Of a stretch of 44,069 nt of DNA, positions 34,786 through 44,069 are shown in pieces. The translations under genes were made by a program, and so were the position numbers. The notes under the pieces were generated by a model, which saw only the letters and a program-made list of their open reading frames with translations, was not told the origin of the DNA and did no database searches. Location: assembly GCA_043228905.1 (NCBI GenBank), contig JBHGNT010000256.1:1-44069 (forward strand), read 5' to 3'. How positions within the stretch are numbered: position 1 is the first letter of the stretch; each line of letters begins with the position of its first letter. This DNA comes from Azolla caroliniana (lineage: Eukaryota > Plantae > Polypodiophyta).

Positions 34786-37700
34786 TGATTGATAATGCAT
34801 GGTTGGAGGAACCAATAAAGAATTGCTTACATTTAAAGATACATTGCCATGTACAACTATGCATGTATTAGATAATAAATTACTTTCTCCACGTGGGAAA
34901 CTCCCAAAGCATGTGCATACACATGTGTACCTAACACACATCCTCTCTCTCCATCCACTCATATTAGAATAATGTTAAAATGAGACAAAAACATTGTTTC
35001 TACAACAAGACTTAAGAGAAACGGGAAGAGGTAAGTAACAAACAAGATTACATGGTAAATTTAATGTTAAAAGAGATTATTGTGGAGTTTATTAAACATA
35101 TCACAACGTTAACTCCCAACTTAGATTCTAAAGAATATTTAGAATACTCATGTGTTTGACATTACAATATATTTTAATCAAACTTCACTAAATGTATTAA
35201 TCTACTAATTATTTGGATAGATTTTAATAGGACAAAGCACTTTGCCGAAGTTGTGCGATGTTGAAATACATTGGATGTTTGGGCATTGGATATATTGGAA
35301 TATGACAAAGTAGTTTGCTGAAGTTGTGGGTTGTGTTTGTTCATACTAGGTAAAAGCAAGAGTGAAGCATGTGTGGATGGAGTGGAAGTGAGAGTGTCTT
35401 GAGTAACACAAACATTGGTGAGAATCCAATGCCCCAAAAAACTAAGGTTTCCTTCCCAAGGTTCATATAATGAGGTGAGTTAAGGCCTAAAATTGGGCCA
35501 AAATGCATAGTTGATGGACAAGAAGACCACATGATAGGATATGAGCTCATTAGGTAGATTAGTCAAGGGAAGGCAAGTGACTAGAGTGAAGTAGTAACAA
35601 GGTAATCATACAAGAAGTTGCACATTTGTTTCATACACTTGGATTTAGCGTTGATTCATTGCATCAATCCTACGACACAATGATGACAATCACAAGTGGA
35701 ATTGGCACAATTTTTTGAATCTTATGCTTTCACACAAATTGGTTTTCACCTTGACAAGGCTCCATAAACTTAGCTAGTAAATCTATCCAAAATCTGGTAG
35801 GTTTAAAAAAGAAAGGTTTACAAATTAGTATAAAACAATATTCTTCACATAGATATATGATTGGTGCCAAGTCATTGTACAAATGAACTATTTCCAAACC
35901 GTGCCCATAATATATACTTAATCCACTGGTGCTTAACCTCTTTCTTGGTCCATTCCGTCAATCATTAGTGAAAGGCTAAGAATCATGGAATAAGTGGTTT
36001 GTGATTAATTTATGATGACAAACGTGATTTGTAGACACACTTATGTATGTATATATCTACCTATACAATTGCCCACTCAATAGTCAAAATGTGTGACATG
36101 CAAGTGGATACACAATATTATTATATTTCACATACGCATATATGCTATCCTAAATTCACTACAATCAAATGAAAAAAAGTGAATAGGAGCTTATGGTTAA
36201 ATGTTTTTTTATTACATATGCTTATGGTGTTGTTTCATAAAAAAATATAAGTACCCATAGTCAATAAGTTATTAATTTTCATGTATGCATGTACATACAT
36301 ATAATGACATATGTATTTTATTACCTACAATGCATATGATTCTAGGTTCATTTACTTCAATCAACTAAATTAAAAGAGTGGTGAAATAGAAAAGAAGTGA
36401 GCGAGCCTATACGAATCTATTAACAAGGGCACCGTGTGAGTGTGTTAAGGTCTATCCTTGCAACCATATGACATATCATGCATAAGGGCTACAATGCATG
36501 TCTACCCTCACACTAACACAACATTAAGGTTGTGTGTCCATGTCCACACACAAGAACATCTTAGAATGACCTCAAGACACTATTCATGATCACGATGATG
36601 TTGAGGGATGAAAAGATGATGCCACCACTTAATCCCCCCAACCCTCCGACATATAGTGAGAAACTTTGAGAAACAATGAAGTGACGCCATATGGGGCATG
36701 GAGAAACAAAAGCAACACCACCATGTCCCTCACTCATGTTGATTAAGACTTTAAGTTATCCTCTAAGTTCATGTGACTACATGGACTCCTACTTCTAATG
36801 CCAACATTGAAAGAAATTTAATTCTAATCTCCTTCTTCTCTTCCATGAAATTAGGGGCCTGATGTTCTTGACCACTCGATAGGAAAGTGATTGCTTGTCG
36901 ACAACAAGTGATTAACTCTTGATCTTATTGGTCTATGGGCATGATGTGTTTATTTAATAATGATCAAGTGTTCAACGATAGCCAAATATATGTGAAAGTG
37001 ATCTGTAAATAGGCGAGTATATAAAGATACTTTGAGTGTACATAGATTGATTTATATATACGATTCGCCTAACTAATGGGAAACAATTTTTTCTCGATTT
37101 TATTTTTGTGATCAAGTGTTGGTATGATCATAACTTTGTCTATTGAAAATTGTTGTTACAATGCTTATGTTTAGTCGAGCACTAACTTGTCATATGTGCC
37201 CTTGGAAATAAAAAAGGAGGTCTTCTTCCACTTTGATTGTTGGTCATGGTTGTGCAAAGTTGTTGTATGGGTAATAGACTACTATGGGTCGTACAACGTG
37301 GTTAGTGTGAGAACCACAAGGCCATTTGACTATGACAAAATGGTATTTGACCACAATGGATTGTATGGATAATCGACTACTCTCGGGTGTGTAATGTGCT
37401 TAGTGTGAGGACCATAAGGCCAAACATGCATGCCAAGATGGTCGTTGGGGCTTGAGCATTAGGAATACATGATCTTGTTGTTTCGGAGTCCTGCCTCTTG
37501 GGTAGTAGTGGTAGGCTATCAAGGTGGTCGCTGACTGTTGCTAAGCATTAACAAGCGCATCAACTTCTCAATTGATCTGAACAAAAGAGGGCCTAATCAC
37601 CCACTCGAGACTGATCTTCCTTCACTTATCTTACGAGTTTAATCGTGTGCTAATTATCAATCCACAATTAAAGATTGAAGTTCTAATGGATAGGCAAGGT

Positions 37701-37872
37701 GATAAAACAAGAGAAGTGCTCACATATTTTATATTACATAAAACAAGTAACAAACAATGATAATGCCTCTCTCTTCCTCTTTGATTATGAGATATTGTCA
37801 TATTGTACTATTCATTGTCTCCTACATTTGGGCAATTATCGTTGCTTTTACAGGAGAGTGTGATGGGGTGTG

Positions 37873-38044
37873 ATCTTGTTTCCATCACTTACCTTCTTTG
37901 ATAGTACTTTAATGAAGTTTGTTTAACACTTTAACTACTCAATATATTCTAGCTTATTATCTTGTTTCCATCACTTGCCTTCTTTGACCGTACTTCAATG
38001 AAGTTTGTTCAACCCTTTAGCTACTCAATATCTTCTAGCTTATT
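37873..38044. repeat. Tandem duplication, 2 x ~86 bp
   Basis: atcttgtttccatcactt.ccttctttga..gtactt.aatgaagtttgtt.aac.cttta.ctactcaatat.ttctagcttatt occurs twice. Confidence 0.85.
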
Positions 38045-38110
38045 TTCTACTTTATGAGATCAAATATGACATTTGTCCTATTGTGTTGTGTGTATACATA
38101 CATATATACA

Positions 38111-38385
38111 TACATAGGTCAAGGATGACATTATCCCCATTTATGTGTTGTGACACGAGCAATGAAACTAGGCCAATGTCAGTTGTCCAATGGGATGATG
38201 TAACATGAGTAGGAAATCAACCACCAAGAATGATATATATTATTAATGAAGACGGATTATAATGCTTGGTGGCTGATTTCCTACTCATGTTACAACTTTG
38301 TGTTAGGCAACTAACATTGGCCCAATGTCTCATTGTTTGCTTCACAATACATAATGAGAATAACATCACCATTTGCCTCTATATA
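38111..38385. repeat. Long foldback inverted repeat (MITE-like hairpin)
   Basis: Inner arms 38199-38228 and 38265-38294 are complementary at 29/30 positions. Pairing continues outward (ggccaatgtcagttgtc/ggcaactaacattggcc; ttatgtgttgtga/tcacaatacataa). Confidence 0.8.
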
Positions 38386-39097
38386 ATGAGAGAACACTTC
38401 ATGGTGTAGATCCCTGTCAGTAATCACTTTGTGATTCTTCATGTTGCTAAGATGACCAAATGATGAAGCCCCCCATGTATGAGTTTGGACTCTATGTTCA
38501 TACTCTGGCTAATTTTCTAGTTATTTTCTTGTCATTTCTTACTAGATCACGCAAGAAAATGGGATTTTGAGAAGAGTGGTCCACCAGGACCCAAAACCTT
38601 GTCGTGTTGGCACGAGCAAATGTTGCCAACATGCATTCGGAAAGGCACCCCATCAAGGATATGTTGTCGGCCATTCTCTGAAGGAACGTTTTATGATTTC
38701 CCCCACGATTCGTGTGGCCACAGAGATGGATTGAGAGAGGGACCGAAAGAGGGCCCAAAAGACAGTCAGACACATAGTCGAGAGAGAAGGAAAGGAGCAA
38801 TTGGAACTTAGAAGGAAGAGAGTATGTATTACATACAATAAGAGACGATTTTGTGCTCATTCATAAACACCAGGTAGCAAATGTTTTTGTGTTATAGAAG
38901 AAAAAGCAAAAGAAGAAGCAGCAGAAACAGCAGAGGAGAGACAAAATCTCTCCCACATGAAAGAAATCAAAAGAAGAAGAAGAAGCAGACCAGGCAGAAG
39001 GCTTAGCTCTAGCTTCTTTCTCTATTTGTTCGACACTCTTTAGGGTGTTCTGACCAGAGTGTCCCAAAAATCAGGGTTTCTGCCTAGAATCGGAAAC

Positions 39098-39105
39098 TAG
39101 GGTTT
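39098..39105 (-). promoter_or_regulatory. Telo-box (AAACCCTA) upstream of LSM1
   Basis: tagggttt lies ~240 bp upstream of the LSM1 ATG, with several related agggttt/ggggtttt motifs at 39070-39210. Confidence 0.5.
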
Positions 39106-39342
39106 CTAAAACAGAGAATGCGGAGCCTCGTGAATTTAGGTTTTCTGCACTGCGAATTATTGCAAAATTTGGGGTTTTGAGCTGAGAATTGCAAATTTGG
39201 GGTTTTGAGTATAGAATCGGAAATTAGTGTTTTTAAAGCAGTGACTTGAAAATTTTAGGAGTTGTGAGCAGAGAATCTTTTGTGACAGAAAAGAACGAAT
39301 AATGAAATTTTCGCATCTGTTGCTGTGTTAATTTGGGAGGTG

Positions 39343-42300
39343 ATGTCTGCTCTCGATCCTTTCTTTGGAACTTCTCTGGCAGGAAACCTTGACAGTAAGT
39401 TTTTTCCTTATAAAAATTCTGTATTTTACAGAGGGAGAGGGAGATTGTGCGGATGAGTTTTATCATTGTCCTCAAAATGAGACCGCATCACAATTCTGTT
39501 GATACGGTTATTTTAAAGGCCTGCGCTTTCATTCTATTTTTTACAGATATAGATAGATTTTTTTAAGGTGCGTGTGGGCCCATAGCAAGGGTTGAACATT
39601 GATCTTCTTAATTTTATGATTTTGATGCTACGATTTAGACCACTATGCCATCAGCCAGAGAGAGAGAGAGAGAGATTGTTCTTCTCCAGAATCCAGAAAC
39701 GTTCCTATTCAGCTTGAAGAAGATGAATCTCACATGATAAAATTCTCTTCTGATATATCAACGAGACAGATCTCTGCCACTTGTGTGTTTGCGATTGATA
39801 ATCTATTCTAAAAAAGGGAGCATAGGTAATTCCAATAGAATGGAGGTTTCCATTATTGATTGGTAGATATTCCTGGAGATTTCGACATCGAGGGAAACCG
39901 TGCCCTTATATCGACATATGCAACACAATCCTCCTCAATCTTATCAGATCTGACATGCTTTGCGTAACAGCCCCATTTGGCTAGGCGTTGCCATATTTTG
40001 CTCCCAATGACTAGGTTGTTGCTGCATGTGCCAATGATTGTGGTTTCCCATCTTTCTGGGATGATATCAGAGTGATAAGTTGGCGTTCACCATGGTTGGG
40101 CTTTATTAGAAATTGGTAGAGTTGTAGGTTGTTACTCTTTTCCCTTTTTTCACAGGGAATTTAGGTTGCTCACGAAGGAGCTCAGTGTCTATAATACGCA
40201 TATTTATTGCAGTTATCTGAAGCAGATTGCGCACATAAGCATCCCATTTCTCAAACCATTTATGGATGTTTTGTGCCAATCTGAATGAGAGTATTTACAA
40301 TGGTTGGTTGTAGAATGGTAATTGATATGCTGCATTTCTGTCACCTTATTCATGTAGTGTATGCAATCATGATGCACTAGATTTAGGTTGCTCTGATCCC
40401 CATCTCTAAGAGCATCACCGTGTGTGAGCTGGTTGTTTTGATCTGCAGCTATCCTTGTAAAAAGTTCTTCTGCACTCTCTCAAAGTCACTCTGTTTAGCT
40501 TTGCATATGCTCCCTTCCCAATGTTTCCCATACCGCAATGCAGGAGTTGGATTACTAGGGCATGAAAATTTTGTTGGAAATGGGAATTTTGTGGCTTATT
40601 TTGTATGCATCCCTATTTCACGGTGTTTGAACCTCAATATCTGAACTTCTCATTAGAGTTTCAACTGTCCATCCCATTGATACTATATCTTTCAGGATGA
40701 CCTCATTCAAAATATATATCAGTCCAAATTTGCACTGACAAATTTGAGAGCCTTCACTCGTGTTACATATCCTGACTTAACACCCTGAATTCAACCCAAA
40801 CCAATGTCCAGACATTGAAGCAAACTGTCAGAATCAGATTCCCAAGTCTTGATGAAATCAGAAAACCAGGGAAAAATGAAAATCTCACCTAGCACTGGTT
40901 GGCTGACATATAGTTGTCAATGGTTTGAAGGAGTCATGCACCTGCACCTGACAATTAGATAGGTGGAAAACCAGGGGAAAATGAAAACCTCATCTAGCAC
41001 TGGCTGGCTGAAATATAATGGGTAATGATTGGAGTAAAAATGATATTTGGAAATCAGAAAACCAGGAAAAATGAAAACCTCACTTAGCACTGGCTGGCTG
41101 GAAAATAATGGTTAATGGTTGGAGGGAGACAGCACCTCGGAATATGTGGACACTGTTTTAACGGTTTTCTTTCATAGTGCTGTTGAGAAAAGAAGGGATT
41201 ATATTCTAGATAAGTTCATTTTCATATTTCTAAGGATATCTACGGAAGCTTTGGCTATCCGCCCCATGGATATGAATGAAACATTGTATACAAGACATTG
41301 AAGTGAGTGATGAGTAGTGTGAAGTAATGAGCCATTGACTCAACAAAGCCTCCATTGCAACGAAGGAACCAAATTTTCCTCTATTTATCTTGAAGAAAGT
41401 ATTGTTGCTGGGTATACAAGAGATGATGGGATATTGAAAGACCTTGGAACAAGCTGCACTTATGGGTATCCTCCTCACAAGCCAACCATTAAACTATCCC
41501 CCAGTGACATTTCCAGGATTTAGTTTTAGCATTGAGAAGAAAATATAAGCATGATTTCAGATTGAACGAGACTCGGGGGATTATGCTAGCCCCAAAGTGC
41601 ACCTACAACAGTAGGGTCATGATCTATACACTGAGTCCATGTGCCAACGAGAAGTATGACCATCCACATGAAGGAATTAATCATCTTAGACAATAATTAT
41701 AATTATTATGTTAAATAATGGGTTAGGAAACTGCAATTGCACAATCCATTTTGGAATACTAGATTAATGTCTGTACAGAGTATTGGACAAAGGTGTCTAG
41801 TTCTTGTTGCCTCTCTCCCTCTGCAAGTAACGATTTTTACTGGAAAAATAAAAGAGACTTACGTTAGTAGAGGTTTTTACATGTTCAGCATTTTGTGTGA
41901 TTCGTGAAAGCTATGATGACATGTTGGGTAGATGACTGGAGTGTCATACTAAAGAGAACATCCAAAAGGTTGAGCTCATATGTGTATGCCTTATTCACAC
42001 ATCCCAATACGATCATTAGTGTTTACCAACCATAATTTTTATGCTTTCTTGCTTTTAAGTTTTAGATTCTTCAGATGAATATGCAAAAAATATGTTAAAT
42101 CTTCTCATTCATTATGCCTTTTACAGAAAAGCTTCTTGTAATTTTACGGGATGGACGGAAATTGATTGGCATTCTTCGATCATTTGACCAATTTGGTATT
42201 ACCAGTTCTATTCTTACTCCAGTGATTGTATCTGTAGTAATTTCTGAGGTGTTTACTGGCAATTTTTCTGTTTTTCCTTTTTCCAGCAAATGTGGTCCTT

Positions 42301-43939
42301 GAAGGTGCCCTTGAGAGAATAATAGTAGGAGACTTATTCTGTGATCTGCCTTTGGGACTTTATATTATCCGCGGGGAGAATGTAGTGCTTATTGGTGAAC
42401 TGGTATGCCTGTCCTTCATCTATTCTTATTGATTATTTTGGGGTCAAATTGTCACGAGTTCCACGGTCTTTGAGGCAATTTCATACATTTTATATTAGAA
42501 AAAATTAACATTTAAACATTCTATTTGGAATTTCAGAAGGTATTTTCCGAAATTACCCACATAGACTCGGTCAAAGTTGAGGCTCGGGATCACCTGGAAA
42601 TTAACATTAAGCACATAATTATACTTGCTTATTTTCTGAAATTACCCACATAGCCTTGGTCAAAGTGGAGGCTCGTAATCACCTGGAAATTAACATTAAG
42701 CACATAATTAGACATGCTTATTTTCTGAAATTACCCACATTGGCTTGGTCAAAGCTCAGGCTCTTAATCACCTGGAAATTAACATTAAGCACATAATTAT
42801 TGATGTGAGGTCTTTTTCCAATATTTAATAGATTAGTTTTGCTACTATGTCACATGCCTCTCAATCTATATCTCTTATTCAACAAGTCAAGAGACAGTGA
42901 TGTCTTGCTTGATATGTTTATGTATGTTGATTACAAGCATGCTCCTCTATTAAGGATTCTGATCGTTGTGACCATCTCACTCTTTGAGTCTCATCCCATT
43001 CTATGAACATATAACGCCATTCTATGAACATGGAATCAAAGAGATTAGTAATTAATCGTAATGCAATTATCTATGAGCCTGTCATTCATATCACACATAA
43101 AACAAGCACCAAAAACCTTAAATTGCCCAAGTGGTCAAAACATCATGAAAACCCTATTGGAGTATCTCTCACATGTATCATAAAATAACATGAATTATGT
43201 GCAATAAGTTTCCATGATACAAATTACAAGATTTAATCATTAATCATTTTTTAAGCAGAAAGTTAACATGTCCTCATTAGTCAAGTTACTAGCAAAATTA
43301 GCAAATTAGGTCTCTAATTAGAAAGTGAGCATCTCCTATTTGAGATTATTAGAAACATAATTTGACATCTATGTGGTTAAGAGCCTTGAATTTAACTGAG
43401 TGTACGTGGGAAATTTTCGGAAATTCTTAGAATCATACCTTTTGAAATTCTGATACATATAAGGCTATTTAGGTAAATTTCCCTTGTATTTGTCAAAATT
43501 CACACTTTTTGCTCAAATGATTTTGAAAACATGAGACCCAAATGTCTAAGCTATGTGCTATACTGCAGAAGCAAGATCTGATTTGATCATCAACTAAACA
43601 ATATCAATTAATCAAACTGGGCAATAATTAATTATGCTCTATTTAAAAAATATGTGCCAGTTATTAATCCAGAATTGATCAAGAAACATACCATAGATTA
43701 ATGAGATGCCACAAAACACGCTGATGAAATATTGTGCATAATCGATGCCAAATAACTTATCGCACCAAGTGCTGGCCATATATACTTAAGGGTGGCATGT
43801 TGAAAAAATTTGCATGATTTATTTCGTATGTGAAGTTTCCAGCTATGGCCCTTCTTAACTGTACTTGTTTTGGCAGGATGCAATTAAAGATGACTTACCA
43901 CCTCACATGCAGAGGGTCAGCCCAAGAGAAATACAGCAG
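39343..43939 (+). CDS. LSM1: Sm-like protein LSM1 (mRNA decapping activator); last exon is beyond the window
   Basis: Exons 39343-39394, 42127-42195, 42287-42402 and 43877-43939, all GT-AG and in phase: MSALDPFFGTSLAGNLDKKLLVILRDGRKLIGILRSFDQFANVVLEGALERIIVGDLFCDLPLGLYIIRGENVVLIGELDAIKDDLPPHMQRVSPREIQQ. Confidence 0.95.
40855..41130. repeat. Three degenerate ~95-105-bp tandem units in LSM1 intron 1
   Basis: The core gaaaaccagg(g)aaaaatgaaaa(c/t)ctca.(c/t)tagcactgg(c/t)tggctg is at 40861, 40966 and ~41057. Confidence 0.85.
42541..42801. repeat. Tandem repeat, 3 x 89 bp, in LSM1 intron 3
   Basis: Units start at 42541, 42630 and 42719: tattttctgaaattacccacat...ggtcaaag..aggctc..atcacctggaaattaacattaagcacataatta. 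Confidence 0.92.
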
Positions 43940-44069
43940 GTTTGTTTAGGAATGAATCTTGCTTATAAAATAAAACCAAATTAAACTTACCCCTGTGATG
44001 ATGAATTTGTATATCATTGCATTTTGAGATACCAAGTTTAACAAAATGCTTAAGAACATTTGTTAAATT

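Noticed and set aside
38458-38495. tgatgaagccccc hammerhead-like start (also ~20727 and ~19661)
   Set aside because: No CUGA core with a closing stem II, GAAA and stem I.
40848-40910. Possible intronic box C/D snoRNA (TTGATGA...CTGA) in LSM1 intron 1
   Set aside because: No terminal stem or recognisable rRNA guide, and the C/D boxes are not kept in the other two repeat units.
41119-41523. Short ORFs inside LSM1 intron 1
   Set aside because: No recognisable homology or splice structure.

Overview
Eukaryotic, AT-rich land-plant nuclear DNA with GT-AG introns and many microsatellites. The DUF4100/Phygy-type Gypsy element suggests a non-seed plant such as a fern, but that is an inference. Four intron-containing host genes are present: (1) the 5' part of a GABA-transporter-like amino acid permease (minus strand, runs off the left edge); (2) a complete 8-exon ICL/PEP-mutase-family lyase with a putative organellar transit peptide (minus, 21980-29813); (3) a 2-exon MEE60-like membrane protein (plus, 31337-32583); (4) LSM1 (plus, runs off the right edge). 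Between genes 1 and 2 is a transposon cluster. A young, near-intact Tnt1-like Copia element (9529-14852, 605-bp LTRs, CTAAC TSD) is inserted in the Gag zinc knuckle of an older Gypsy element (7715-18672) that lacks RT/RNase H and has a tRNA-Trp PBS. That Gypsy element abuts an L1 LINE remnant. A hAT MITE, solo LTRs and tRNA-derived modules lie nearby. The most unusual signals are a degenerate minimal type I hammerhead ribozyme (34298-34355) flanked by ~165-bp direct repeats, a candidate U UUU UUA -1 frameshift site after the Gypsy protease, and tRNA-like Pol III-promoter modules inside LTRs. All identities were estimated by eye; no database searches were run.
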